Positions 39,528 through 52,886 of a DNA stretch of 64,000 nucleotides are shown here, piece after piece. A program made the translations under genes and the position numbers. The DNA is from Zootoca vivipara (Eukaryota), in NCBI RefSeq assembly GCF_963506605.1, contig NC_083283.1, forward strand, positions 56,916,001 to 56,980,000, in the 5' to 3' direction. Position 1 is the stretch's first letter. The number at the start of each line of letters is the position of its first letter. The notes below the pieces were generated by a model that was not told the origin of the DNA, ran no database searches, and saw only the letters and a program-made list of their open reading frames with translations.

Positions 39528-39856
39528 GTATATCTTTGATGAAGGTGTTGTACAGTGCAGCGCAGCCCGTGCAAAATTAGCATGGGAGTAAGTCTCATGG
39601 ATCTCAGTGGGGCTTACTCCTGAGTAGATATCTACAAGACCTCAGCCTTAGTTATTTAACTTGCAATGTATTGGTAATCTAGGCTTCAAAGTCTGTTGGA
39701 AGCAGTTGCTCGAAACTACCAATCTCTGCACCATGTTACAGTGTCAGTCTGTGTGTAGTCATGGAGGCTAAGGGGCTGAGAGAGACAAAAAAACAATTCC
39801 TCCATCAGTTGAGACTATTTTCATCTCTACCATTAAAGTGGAAAAGTCATTGTATG

Positions 39857-40102
39857 GTAGGGTTGCCATATTTCAAGAGGTAAAAGTCTGGACACAAAAA
39901 GTTGTTGGGCTTCCTTAGGGCAATCGCTCAATAGTGCCTCCGCCACTGCTGAGCCTGAACTAGAGCCACCACCCCCACAAAAGAACCCCCACAAAAAATG
40001 CAGGACATTTGCTTTAAAATGTAAAATCACACACACCCGATGGGCATGTAGGATCCCAAAAGACGACATGTCCGGGAATTCCTGGACGCATGGCAAACCT
40101 AC
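39857..40102. mobile_element. hAT-like MITE (TAGGGTTGCCA...TGGCAAACCTA); related partial copy near 58098-58360
   Basis: Inverted termini. The 5' end gtagggttgccatatttcaa recurs at 58097. Confidence 0.65.
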
Positions 40103-40694
40103 ATGTATGATGATTTTTCTTGCTAATATTTGAATACTGAAGTGGAAAGCAAGTGATTTTTAAAGACATGGTGATTTTCAGACTTAGAATATGGTAAAAC
40201 GACCACACACACACCCCTGCCTGTTCAGAATTAATATATAAATAAGGATTTATTAGATTTTTGTCTTGAATCTCTTTTTGCAGCATGCACAGTGCGACAC
40301 ATACAAAATAAGGGTAATTTTGCTTATCTCCAGTATTGGCAATCAACACCTAAAGCAATCAACACAAGAAGGTGCACTAGAGGACTAGAAGATCTTTTCA
40401 AAGGATAGTAAACATTTTTTTAAAAAAAAATCACTGCTAACCAGAAACACATGCAGGCTCCCGTGTTCCTCAAATTTTCAGATTCCCATGATCAGCCAGC
40501 ATCCTTTAGCAATGCCTTTTGGCTGCCTTGAAAGGCAAGCGTGTAGCACCATGCAAGGAGCAACACTGATGTTCACATGGATGCTGCATTGAATAGGGAG
40601 GGATGCAGTGGACTTTAAATGCTGCCCTAGTAGCTCCAGGGACTAGAGTTACTAGTATAAGTGACAATGGTCACATTTATTTCCTTCCTTCCAG

Positions 40695-40873
40695 GAAAGA
40701 GGAGGAAGAACAGGCAGTTGGTGCCACTTACTGCAGAAACATAGAAGACTTGCTCCGACGGTCTGACTTTGTGATGTTGGTTGTGAATCTGACACCTGAG
40801 ACGCACAAGCTCATTGGGAAAAGAGAGCTGCAGCTGATGAAACCCACAGCTACTCTCATCAACATCTGCAGAG
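40695..40873 (+). CDS. Dehydrogenase copy 1, exon C (179 nt; SDFVMLVVNLTPET...MKPTATLINICRG)
   Basis: Family signature MK..A.LIN..RG containing the catalytic Arg. Canonical splice sites. Confidence 0.95.
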
Positions 40874-41534
40874 GTAGGGGATGTGTGACTACCTAAATGT
40901 AAACTTCAGCTATATACATTTTTTCAAATAACTATTTTTGCATATATTCCATCCTTTTCTTTGTATTTTTGTTTGTGAAAGGTTATACATTTCACCAGCA
41001 CTAATAAAGGGTGAGGCCGACAATCAATTTTCAGTGTCAGGAATCAATATGGGTTATTTTGAAACCAGTAGTATGGGGGCGGGGATCAGGAGTATGGTAT
41101 TCAATAAAAAGAAAGGGAAAATTCAGCGATGAAGCAACATATTTTGGGTACATTGGATTTGGCACAGCTACGGGTTTCATTACACCCTAATCCAGATGTA
41201 GAAGGATGGAAGGCCAACATCACATGAAGTGGCTTTATTGGTGAACTTTAACAGGTTTGCTGCAAAGGAAATGGATGAAGGACTGGATTTCATTTTTCCT
41301 ATTTTGGGTCAATCAAAATGTGTTTGGAGAGATAATGTGGAGAGACCCTTAGCTCCTTAAAATGTGTTCTTTGGCTGCAATCCTAAGAACACTTACCTAG
41401 GCATTTACTCCACTGGACACAATGTTGTGCTTTTCAAGTGAACAATGCACAGAAACGAGCTCTCAGTCCTTATCATGAGCTACTTTATGACTTTCTTGTT
41501 GTGATTATTGACATCAAAGTTCTGTCCGTATCAG

Positions 41535-41631
41535 GTGCAGTAGTTGATCAAGATGCCTTGGTAGAAGCGCTCAAAAATGGAGTTATTAAGGCTGCAGCTT
41601 TAGATGTGACTCACCCTGAACCACTGCCAAG
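41535..41631 (+). CDS. Dehydrogenase copy 1, exon D (97 nt; VVDQDALVEAL...AALDVTHPEPLP)
   Basis: LDV..PEP motif containing the catalytic Glu. Canonical splice sites. Confidence 0.95.
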
Positions 41632-42631
41632 GTAAAATATCACAAAAAAACCCCCACCTTTATTGTTGTTGTTTTAGTTCTGACATGGAATAATTATTAT
41701 TCATTGGTCCAAAACTTCAACATTAAGGCATAGATGATCATGGTTTGCCTCTGTTGCCTCCTCTGCTGCTGCCTCTTTTCCCTGTGTCCCGTTCCTGAGC
41801 CAGCATGACCTACTGTCATATTACAATGTTGATAATATGTGCTATGAGGGACATACATTGTCACCAATTTTCTTTTTGGGGGTTTTTAAAATCCATTTTA
41901 ATCAGACTTCTTAATGCTTGATGTGTTCAGAAATCTGTGTGTATGGATAGTCATAAATATGCCTTCTGTAAGTCATTTTGCCATTTCTTCTGACTGACCA
42001 GAGTCTCAGAGTATTTGGATTTAAACAAACTGAAGTAACACAAGAAATCATGATGGTAGAGGTATTAAATATAACCCAACAACACAATAGCACTTGCATT
42101 CAGGGCTGAGATAGCAACCTGTCCCTTGTCCCGAGGTCTCAAATCCTTTTCCTTTGCCCTCTAACTCTTTGAAACAAAACAACCTTCAGATTGTATAGTA
42201 GGTGGCAAAATTTGTTTTGCTGCTGTAATTCATTTTCACTCAAACCTGTACCGTGCATTTGAGATGCAAAAATAGAGCAGAATTGTAAGGGGGAGTTCTT
42301 GTTCTAAGCCTCGAATATAGACTGCATCGTTCTAAGCTTTCTGTCTAACAGTACTGCCATACAAACAAGTTTATAGGCGATGAGAAGTTTGATTCAGAGC
42401 ACCAGTCACTCAAAAGCAGATCTTCATAGGGCTAACTCCCTATAATGGTTTAGTAGATCATATCACACTTAATGATTGTGACCCACACAATGTATAGAAG
42501 ACAGCTCAGTGGAAGCTAACACTATTTTCCCCCATTTTGAGTCTTTTTCAGTGCAGTCATATAGCAATATAGTTCCTTTGATCTGCCTGTGCCAGATGAC
42601 TTCTGATTTTTCTGTTATGGCTTTCTTGCAG

Positions 42632-42788
42632 GGATCACCCATTATTGCAACTGAAGAATGTTATTATAACTCCTCACATTGGAACTGCAACTGTGCAAGC
42701 CCTGCTTATGATGACAGAAGAAGCAGTGGAAAATATACAGGCTGTTCTCAATGACCTCCCCATTCCTAGTGAAGTGATCACCCAATAG
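42632..42788 (+). CDS. Dehydrogenase copy 1, exon E (DHPLLQLKNVIITPHIGTATVQALLMMTEEAVENIQAVLNDLPIPSEVITQ*); core 328 aa
   Basis: TPH motif containing the catalytic His, stop TAG, AATAAA at 42939-42944. Confidence 0.95.
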
Positions 42789-43163
42789 TTTGATGGAGAA
42801 CATTAATAATCAATGGCTGGTCAGCAAAAGGACATTAACTGCTAAGTAACAATGGTGTATGAGAATCAAAACTCATCCTACGTAGTTTTCATTTATGGCC
42901 TCCTATTTTCTGTAATTATATTCTTAAGTAAAAGAACTAATAAATGTTGCTCCAAGGCTTTTGAGCGCAACAGCTGGCTTTCTGATTCTTCCAGCCCAAA
43001 ACAGATATGCACGTTTGTATGATAGCAAATACATTATGTAGTAAGGCTATGTAAATATTAGCCACTTGAAATGCAGCCAAGTTGTTTTTTCCCACTGCAT
43101 TTCAAGTTGTTTACTTACATTGCTGCACACAGCACAGAAGGAGAAGGATGTATTTACCTGATA

Positions 43164-43518
43164 AAGGTAAAAGGTAAAGGGACCCCTGACCATTAGGTCC
43201 AGTCGTGACCGACTCTGGGGTTGCGCGCTCATCTCGCATTATTGGCCGAGGGAGCCGGCGTATAGCTTCCAGGTCATGTAGCCAGCATGACAAAGCCGCT
43301 TCTGGCAAACCAGAGCAGCACATGGAAACGCCGTTTACCTTCCCGCTGTAGCGGTTCCTATTTATCTACTTGCATTTTTACGTGCTTTCGAACTGCTAGG
43401 TTGGCAGGAGCTGGGACCAAGCAACGGGAGCTCACCCCGTCACAGGGATTCGAACTGCCGACCTTCTGATCAGCAAGCCCTAGGCTCAGTGGTTTAACCA
43501 CAGCGCCACCTGGGTCCC
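43164..43518 (-). mobile_element. Full-length Sauria SINE with 12-bp TSD ATTTACCTGATA (43152-43163 / 43519-43530)
   Basis: Nearly identical to 26928-27274, with exact direct repeats. Confidence 0.93.
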
Positions 43519-45376
43519 ATTTACCTGATACACATTACAATACCTGATTTGTTTCCCCATACCTCCAACCCCGCTCTCCCCACAGAGTTCCAATGAAGCA
43601 GTTGTCTGCACATGCACAATGGCTGTCTGTGCAGATCTCGGCTTCACCACAGCCTGCATTTTCCAATCAAATGGGACACTGGTTTGAGGGAAAGCACTAG
43701 GATTCCTCAAGTAGCTTTAGGATAGTGTTGCAAACATCTCTATCGCTAAGCAGCGAGAGATTTCACAGGTGCCATTGGCTTACCCAATGGAGACTGGTTT
43801 CTTTAGGATATAAGGTTTTAGTTACACATATATACAACCTGAGCATAGGATGGAGGGACTCACACTCCAGCACATCTTGCTTCCCCATTAGGAAGAGTAT
43901 CCACACCCAGTTGTCTCTATGACAACATGACAAACTTCCATCATGCAGAAGGAGGGTGCTTAAGAGGGCCAGCTAGGTCATCAGCTCAACGAAGAAACTG
44001 GTTTGAACAATCCAGCAGTTCCTTCTACTACATGCCCCATCTTATAGATACAAAACTACCAGCTTGGTGGAGACCCAAAGGCGTAATCCAAACCAACATC
44101 CCAATCCTACAAAAATAGATATGAATTGTGACTAATGTCATGGGTACCCTATTCCAAACACCAATGGTGGGAGCATCCTGGAGCCCTGGTAAATAAGGAT
44201 GTGCATGCAGCCTCGGTCGCTTTCAAAAGTAAAATAATACATAATATCAATACCAAATTATACTGCAATTGAATAAGAGGCAGCTTGGTATTCTGTTGGA
44301 CATACCATCTACAGGTTTGATTTCTGTACCCTTAAAAACGTGAACTGTCCCAAACAGCAATGTTGTATCTTGTCCAACACATGCCGTTTGCATGAGGAAG
44401 ATGACACTCCCCAATATGCTGCAGTAGCCACCTTGTTTTCCCTTGCATTTTTTTGTTTCCCGAAAGAGCTACTGACCACTGCAGGCTACCCCTGCTTTTG
44501 AACGTCACACATCAAGCAAAAGCAGATTCCATTCATGGTGTAACTGAGAAGTGTGCAAAAAAGGTGGGTTGTTTTTTTTTTTACATACTAAAGCAGTGTG
44601 ATTGGATTATAAGCAACGCTATATAAGAGGAGTTCAACTTGAGCAACACCACATCCCCCTCCTCTCCCTTGCAGCCCCCTCATGTGTCCCCAGACTCTGC
44701 TCTGGGGGGGGGTCCCCTCAATGCTCTGGATTTTGAGTTAGGGGTGCTGCAGGGGAGAGGAGAGGGAAGTTTTGTGCAAGTGGAAGTCTGCTGTGCAAGT
44801 GGAACAGCAGTGCTGGAGGCAACCTGTTCTTTGCATTTGAAAACATTTCTTTATATTATTACGACAATGTTGAGGTTATAATCAAATAAGTGCATTGTGG
44901 TTGAGTCTCGGATTTAGCAAACAATGTATTTGGAGTGTTTTTTTTTGTTTTTTTTTTAAGAAACAATATGCCAAAGTACTCTCTGTTGATTAACTAGTGG
45001 AGAATTATGCATATATTTAATGCTCATGGATTGAACTTTGTTAGATAATTAAATAAGTTTAAATTAGTTTGGATTATACCCATTCTTGGCAAGCAAAGTG
45101 GCTTACAAAGTAACTTGATAAATTCCAGTGTTCAAAGTTCAGCAGTAGAGATTTGCATGCTACTATTTCAAGACATCCTTTTGATGAGCACAGCTTCACA
45201 ACTGGTATTGTGTTAATTTTTGATGTTTCCTTTTCTCTTGAAATAATTGCTTCACAGATAATCAACCACAGAGAGGTTTTCTTGCAGTCAAGCGGTATAT
45301 ACGTTTTGTTAAATAAATAAAATAAACAGGAATGAGTTTATGAGTGCTATCATACAAATCTTGACAGTTTAAGGAT

Positions 45377-45460
45377 CAGGCTTTGTGAAGTTTGATTTTA
45401 AGAGATTCAGAAGAGACAGGCTTTGTGAAGTTTGATTTTAAGAGATTCAGAAGAGACAGG
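45377..45460. repeat. Perfect tandem duplication of a 40-bp unit
   Basis: CAGGCTTTGTGAAGTTTGATTTTAAGAGATTCAGAAGAGA x2, followed by CAGG. Confidence 0.95.
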
Positions 45461-45623
45461 TTTACATCTTTCTGACCATGTTGGTGTTCCACCAATTTTT
45501 TGTATATTGTATGTCTTGCATATTGTAATGTATCACAATGAAGGAAAATAATCCAGTATTTTGTGGCATGGTTTGTTTCTATGCTTTTCAGAAAACTAGT
45601 TGTCTCCCATCCTTTCGAAGATC

Positions 45624-46005
45624 ATGCAAGATCCCAAGTTGCCTCTCTTACTGATCAATGAAGTAGGTGGCACCCTTGGTGTCTTAGAAGCGCACGTGCC
45701 ATTTCTGAAGAAACACTTTCAACTTATCACCATGAAGGAATTCCTCGAAAGCAAAGAATACTATCGTGCTAAAGTCAAAGCTATTTACTCGTGGTGGCAT
45801 AAGCCAGTCATTGACAGTGAGCTGCTGAAAAGTCTACCTAACTTAAAAGTGATTTCAAGTGCAGGAGTGGGTACTGATCACTTGGATTTGAAGCTGATCT
45901 CTGGGTTTGGAGTGAGAATTGCCAACACCCCTCATGCTGTCCACAGCACTACAGCAGATATTGGCATGGCCCTGCTTCTGGCAGCTGCTAGAAGGCTCGT
46001 AGAAG
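45624..46005 (+). CDS. Dehydrogenase copy 2, exon A (exon starts at 45592; MQDPKLP...ISSAGVGTDHLDL...AARRLVE)
   Basis: Same 382-nt coding length and phase as copy 1. In-frame TAG at 45597-45599 upstream of the ATG. Confidence 0.95.
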
Positions 46006-46665
46006 GTAACACTGGCAATACTGTGCACATTTTTTTACAGTTACCCTTGTCCCATTTTCCCGAGCAATGAGACGTTCCAGGGCGGAGCACTTATCCAGAT
46101 GGAAGGAGTTAAGTTGAGGCTGGTGTCAGGGATGAGGAGTCCGATTATTATTCAGGTGATGGAGTGGAGGAATCCAAAACAGAGGACAGGTACAGCCAGA
46201 CCCAGAAGCGTTGCTACCCAGTAAGCTCATGGAGTCAACGTAAGCCTGGCCAGAGGAAGTGGTACTGTCGTCCTCTGACTTGGAAGACTCCATGGAAAGT
46301 GACAAGCAACCAGTCTCCCACGTTCTGTCGCAGATAGAGATTAATGCTGAGAGCTAGGTCCCTTTAAGCAAAGCAGCACCTTCCAGTATGGGTGAGGCTC
46401 ACAATGGGGAAGTATCAACGCTGCTGATCTACAGGAAAGAAGCTCGCTTTGTTCCTTGCTGAAACAACATAGAAGCTTTCTGTTCAAAGAGTACAGCTCG
46501 AGTCTCTGACTTCAACCTCAACCTTTTTCTACCTAATATTGCGTCAGGTTGCCTTGTATCCTGCCTGAACCTCACCCTGCAGTTTGCAGATATATTTGTA
46601 ATGCTGAATTGGTCTGCTAACAGGCCTGGTGCCTGAAGCCAGCTCCCAGTAGAGCAATTACTTGC

Positions 46666-46666
<1 letters not shown>

Positions 46667-46706
<40 letters not shown>

Positions 46707-47195
46707 TATTATTTATTATTTATACCCCGCCCATCTGGCTGGGTTTCCCCAGCCACTCTGGGCGGCTTCCAACCGAATATTAAAAACAATAGTGCATCAA
46801 ACATTAAAAACTTCCCGAAACAGTGCCACCTTCAGTTGTCTTTTAAAAGTAAAATAGTTGCTTATTGCCTTGACATCTGCTGGAAGGCCCTCTGTCTGGT
46901 TCCCTGTGACCTCACTTCTCACAATGAGGGAACTGTCAGAAGGCCCTTGGCGCTGGATCTCAGTGTCCGGGCTGAACAATGGGGGTGGAGACGCTCCTTC
47001 AGGTACACATGACCGAGGCCGTTTAGGGCTTGAAAGGTCAGTACCAACACTTTGAATTGTGCTCGAAAACGTACTGGGAGCCAGTGTAGATCTCTCAGGT
47101 CCGGTGTTATGTGGTCCCGGCTACTCCCAGTCACCAGTCCAGCTGCCGCATTCTGGATTATTTGCACTTTCCGGATCACCTTCAAAGGTAGCCCC
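46667..47195 (-). mobile_element. L2-clade LINE 3' fragment with (TTA)n tail
   Basis: Minus-strand peptide QNAAAGLVTG...DHITPDLRDLHWLPVRFRAQFKVLVLTF.ALNGLG is the L2 ORF2 C-terminus. (TAA)n run at 46667-46706. Confidence 0.9.
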
Positions 47196-47415
47196 TGCTT
47201 GTGTATATGCTTGTGTATATGAAATTTTGTATGCAATATGACTTTTGTTACGATCTAAACAAATAATTTAACCCTGATGTATAATGAAAAATCACCTATT
47301 TACAGCCTCAACTGAATAACTCAGATTTCTTACAAAAATCACTTTCCTCCCTAGAATTCTGTTTTTAATTAACACCTCTTCTCCACCCGCCACCCCTTAT
47401 TTTGTCATTTTGCAG

Positions 47416-47587
47416 GTTGCCAGATTGCTGTTTCTCCTGACACAGACTATTTCTCTAATAACTGGTTAGGAGAGGAAGTCACTGGGGCAACTCTGGGTAT
47501 CATTGGAATGGGAAGCATTGGGTATAAAATTGCTCAGAGAGCCAGAGCTTTTGAGATGAAAATTCTTTATCATAACAGGAACAGAAG
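47416..47587 (+). CDS. Dehydrogenase copy 2, exon B (172 nt)
   Basis: [56 protein letters not shown] with canonical splice sites. Confidence 0.95.
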
Positions 47588-48592
47588 GTAAAAATACACA
47601 GTTTGGTCCCATACAAAATAGAACACATCTTCACCTCTAAAGCTATTTTGCCCCCGAATCTTTGTGCATGTGTATAGAGAGAAAGATCAGCTGGTCTTCA
47701 GAAGTGAACAAACACAGCGGTACTTTTCAGCTCGTATTTCTGTTTAATGTGATGAAGAGAGGCTAGCCTATTGTGCTTAGGAAAGGCGAGCCATCCGGTG
47801 AGAAGAAGAGAAGGAAAAATAAGGGCCATTTCACACAAACCAAGTTCATTTCTTTGTAAATAAGGAAACTGGCTAAGTAGCTTGTTCCAGCATTCACCCA
47901 AATCCTATAACAATATGTGAAGTCTTCCTGCCAGTCTTCCAACCCTCCCACTTTTTTTCTACAAGAGAGCCATGATTTAAGGTTGATATTCACCCCAAGT
48001 TATGTCTGAAATTGGCTTTCGCTGTGTTCCGTTTCATCTTCACTCTGGTTTTCTAAGCTGTTGCCTTGCTAGGGAGGAAACTAGCTATTACAAAAACCAC
48101 AAGGACTGCTGAAAAGAGTCATGGGCAAAGCTCTCTTCTTCCCTTCAGTAACACATTGTGGAACTTACCTGTGGTTTTCCTGTGCTTCAAATCAGAATAT
48201 TAAAAGAACTTAACCTCATCATGATGGAGGGAGAAGGGAGAAGCTCTACTACATGCAGTTGCCATTTTTGGTGTGTGTCAAGAGTTTGCTAGGAAAAAGT
48301 ATACAGCTCAGCTCATTTTTATGCTGAGTTCGATTATGTTATTAAATCTCAGTAGCTTGATTGCAATATTTTAGGTTCTTCAGCTTTGAAAAAGTCTTTA
48401 AACTTTTTTTAAAAGATAAACTTTTTTAGAAAGATAAGTATCAATACAATATACAGAGTAGATTGGAACATTATTCTGATCTACTGTGTAGCCTTGAACT
48501 ATGGTGCACCCCTTGTTCTACAAGGGATCTGCACATTTGTGAATTCCAACCCAAGAACAGGGGAGATCATCCTTGTTGTTGTTTTCTGGCAG

Positions 48593-48771
48593 GAAAGAAG
48601 ATGAAGAACAGGCTGTGGGTGCCTGCTATTGTGGGGCAATAGAAGACTTGCTCCAGCAGTCAGATTTTGTGATGCTGGTTGTAAATCTGACACCTCGGAC
48701 ATACAAGCTGATTGGGGAAAAAGAGTTGCAGCTGATGAAACCCACAGCTAGCCTTATAAATATCTCTAGAG
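48593..48771 (+). CDS. Dehydrogenase copy 2, exon C (179 nt)
   Basis: KEDEEQAVGACYCGAIEDLLQQSDFVMLVVNLTP...MKPTASLINISRG. Confidence 0.95.
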
Positions 48772-49089
48772 GTAGGTCATAAAGAGCTGCTTGAAGAAAA
48801 ATATTGATTGTTAGGACTTCAAAGCACAGCACTGTCTGAAAGTCCCTTTGCAAAAAGGCTTTGAAGCAGCCCAGTGTTCCCATTTTGAGCAGTTGCTTTT
48901 TGAAGAAGCCCTGCATTCTTTATCACAACATGTGAATCTGTGCTCAGCTTAACATCGTAGTTTGTTTTGAGAGAAACAAACTACAAGTCTTGGCTCACAA
49001 ATTGTGTTATACCAAGGCTCATGGTCTGTTGCTCCCAGCTTGATGAATGGAGGTGTGTAATGAGATCAGTTCGGCAGCCTGTACTTATG

Positions 49090-49248
49090 TTCTCCTTAAC
49101 TCGGAAGGTGGTGGTCTCTCCTCCTTTGGAGCTTTTTTAGCAGAGGCTGGGTGGCCATCTGTCATGGATGCTTTAGTTGAGATTCCTGCATTGCAGGGGA
49201 TTAGACTAGTGGACTCTTGGGGTGCCTTCCAACTGTATGATTTGATGA
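49090..49248 (+). mobile_element. Degenerate CR1 LINE 3' end
   Basis: agcagaggctgg..ggccatctgtc...gcaggggattagactag...ccttccaact.tatgatt pattern. Confidence 0.65.
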
Positions 49249-49304
49249 AACCGTACAATGCACAATTACCCAGCGGTTATCATAAGAACATGATTTCCAC
49301 ACAG

Positions 49305-49401
49305 GGCAAGTTGTAGACCAAGATATGCTTGTGGAAGCTCTTCAGACTGGTGTCATTAAAAGTGCCGCTATGGATGTCACTTATCCTGAACCACTACCCA
49401 G
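49305..49401 (+). CDS. Dehydrogenase copy 2, exon D (97 nt)
   Basis: QVVDQDMLVEALQTGVIKSAAMDVTYPEPLP with cacag| acceptor and |gtaaac donor. Confidence 0.95.
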
Positions 49402-51074
49402 GTAAACAACTATGTATTTATATATTTTTAAAAAATGAATGACTATAAGCACATTGTAAAGACTGCAGGAAAGCATAGAAGTAACCAGTGCTAAAGTTCA
49501 GACTGACATCTCTGCCTTCTTCCACTGTATACTCTGGGAAGTAGTAGGAGAACCTATATAGTACACAACATGCTTCCTTTCCAAATTAAAGCCATGAGGC
49601 AATGGACGGACAGTGTGAGCAGGTGTTAAGTACCATAAATGTTTGAGTTAGTGCTGAAAGCTTTCATCTGCAGCTGGGATTCCTAACTGCATCTTAAAAC
49701 ATCCCTTGCCGCCCACCAAGGCCTCTGTCCCTCCCAATTTGTTTAAAAAGTGTATTTGGCTTTTTTGTTATTGTTCATTTGGGAGGATCGCTTGATTTTT
49801 TTATTTTTTATTTAGAGGAAGGGGAGTATGGTCTGCTTTTAGTCTTTGTTTTGTTTGTGGATCGGGGTGGGAGCCTATTTTCAGATGCGCGGTTCTGAGC
49901 ATTGTCAGTTTTTTGTATACAAAATGGGAATTTTATGCTGGAGTTTGTAGATTTCCGAATGTTCCTCCAGACCAAAAATAGTTGGGGACCCTGCAGTTCA
50001 AAGGGCAGTTCTATAATTGTAGTGATTATCCCTGCACCACAGTTATACAAGCATTATGCTCGTGTATTATAGTTGAGATCCTATGCACCTTTTATCACGC
50101 AGATAAGACAGGAAAGGAGGAGCGTTATTCCATTCATAACAAGCAGCCAACCCTATTTCTCAGTGCAACATACATTGCACACCTACACCCTCTTCCTCCC
50201 AAAGACATGGGCTTATGGTCAGTTGTCTGACCACATAGATAGCTGAAAGAATACTCCACACATGAATTTATGGGATCTGTGTGATTGGAGCAAACATTTT
50301 GCAAAAGAGAGGGCCATATAGTCCCAAGAAAAGGAGGCACTTCAGCCATGAGTTCTTAATGTACAAGGAGATATCCAGAAGTTTAGTGAGAAGGAGCAAC
50401 GCAATGGGAGACAGAGGGTGGGGCTTTGAGTCGTCCGGGGCTCCCCATTGACTCCAATGTGAGTGTTTTCATTTTGCATTACCTGTTCTGCGGTTATAAT
50501 GGTGTGCTGGTGCCATGGACGCTACCAGTATCTGAGGTTCTCTCTCCTCCTACCTAATGCCTGAACTTCCTCAGTTCATGTTGGTGAATCAGTTAAACAT
50601 GCATTAAGCAGCACCAATGCAACAGTGATCCAACACCAATGTAATCCACAACACTTGCATGTTTTTGAGCTTCTAGCCTGCAGGTGGGCTATGGGGGTGA
50701 TCCAGTCTATAACTGCAGGCGTAAGTCATGGGTAGGATTGCTCCGTTAATATTCTACTTTAGAAATATAAGTTACATAGATCTACAGTGATTTATTTATA
50801 TATAACTACACATTAACTATTATACTCTACTAAAGCACCTGCATAATCAGAGGGAGTAAATATTTACCACGGCGGCTGAAACTGAAGGGTACACTTGCTT
50901 ATTTTCAAGTCCTTTGACTTGGGTACATTGCTAGAATATGGATGATTGCCAAGTCAGATAACAAAAATCCTTCAAACGGTGGATAGCTCTAAGTACCGGT
51001 ACTTTTCCTTCATTTGTTTGAATGAATGCCACTTCCTATATTAATAACCTGTCTTTTCCCCCTCTTCTTTTCAG

Positions 51075-51231
51075 AGATCATCCATTACTAAACTTAAAAA
51101 ATGTTATCATAACACCACATGTTGGTTGTAAAACACACAAAACTGCTTTTATGATGACAGAGGAAGCAGTAAGCAATGTATTGGCAGCTCTTAATGGTCT
51201 CCCAATGCCCAGTGAAGTGTTTCCTGACTAA
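51075..51231 (+). CDS. Dehydrogenase copy 2, exon E; protein 328 aa
   Basis: DHPLLNLKNVIITPHVGCKTHKTAFMMTEEAVSNVLAALNGLPMPSEVFPD*. Confidence 0.95.
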
Positions 51232-51539
51232 ACCTGCGGGCTGTCATCTAACATAGCAACATGGAACTATTCTACATTTTTCTCTAGTGCAAGAAACATA
51301 ATGACAGATGTACAAATTTAACCTGAATCTCATGCCTCATGTAGCAGTGTTTGTTCTGGACTGAAGACACAAAACAAGCCCATAGTAGATTTCATGTTTT
51401 GTTATCTCCTCATCATAGTTATAGCAGATATGTCCTTTGTTACCATTTCACACAATTAAATTTTAAACAGTGCTTGCTCGTTAATATGAAAGACTTGTGA
51501 AAATTTCTATGCTTGAATTTTAAATATTATATAAAATAT

Positions 51540-51585
<46 letters not shown>
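51540..51585. repeat. (TA)n(TG)n compound microsatellite
   Basis: Seen directly. Confidence 0.95.
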
Positions 51586-51588
<3 letters not shown>

Positions 51589-52886
51589 TTTGAAATTTGC
51601 AAGTAAGTTACTTATTTCACAATAATTTGTAGCCAAATTGAGTATTGCTACCTGGTAATCAATCAGAATGTGGAAACTATGCCTGACTGCCATTTCAAAG
51701 TAAACTTTTTCTAAAAGGTCAAAAATATCAAGTACCACCATCTTGGCTTTAAAAGTTATAAACTGGATAATTTAAGATCTTGGTGACAAGTTCTTCCAGC
51801 CCTTTTATTTTGTCAAATCACCCCTCAAAAACCAAGTTTTCTGTGAGGACTTTGGCACAACTCGCTTGTTCCATACTACCCTAACTAAGCCCTCCTACAC
51901 TGTAATTGGGAAAGTTCCTACTTCATTTCTCTCCCCTAGCCAGTGGGAGCAGCAAACCATGCAAGGCATGGAATATTTGAAAGACTGGACATGTGACCTT
52001 TGTTGAGAATAGGTCTATCAATGGCTGCTAGTTACAATGGCTATAGACAACCTTCAGTCCCTGCATGTAAATCACATTTCAGGGAGCATTTTTTTGATGC
52101 TAAGAACCTCGAAATAATAAAGTTGAAATACATAGATTTTTCATTTGTTGGGGGGGGGAGGGAAAAGTAGGTGTTTTTGTGACCAACACCAACATGCTCA
52201 AGCAACCCAAGTTTTATTGTCTTAAGCTCATGTGATTTTGTTCCTAACATAAAATTTATTGCCAGTTCACCAATGAGAAGGCAAAACTGTCAATACAATG
52301 AATAAATGTTAATTAACCTGTTGTCTACTTTATTGTATAAGCATTATCCAAGAAACCATGAACTTGAGAGAGAGAGAAACCACGATATTCTGAGTTGCGT
52401 TGCATGTCATACTTCTGGTTGTTTTGTTCACATGTGAAATAGAATTCTGAAAAACTGTTAGCAGAACCTGAAACTTTGGGAAATTATCTTTTAAATGATA
52501 TAAGAAAATTAAAAAATGGGTTTGTAGGTTGACATTTTCATGGAATTGCCATTGGGGTGCATCAACAGGAGAAGACCAACACATTCATGCCCTGCTGTTT
52601 GTTTCCCATAGGCATCAAGCAGGGCTCTGCTCATGTTACTCTGTAGTTTATTACACTATGGTTAGTCCCATGTTCATTTTTTCAGTGGAGGACAAATGAG
52701 TAAGTTTTCAAATGACCCAACTGTGGTTTCAGAACTGTAGGAAGAAGAATTGTTTGGTGTTGCTCTTTGACCACCTTCCTGAACTTTCTCATATACCCAT
52801 CTTCAAACACACAATTCCAAAACTGGAAGGAGCAGTTTGATATTTGCACACCCCGTTTTGTACTGGTATTTGCACACCCTCACAGA

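Noticed and set aside
39528-39537. Donor GTATATCTTT as a second U12 intron
   Set aside because: Does not match RTATCCTT, and the paralogous introns have ordinary GTAAA donors.
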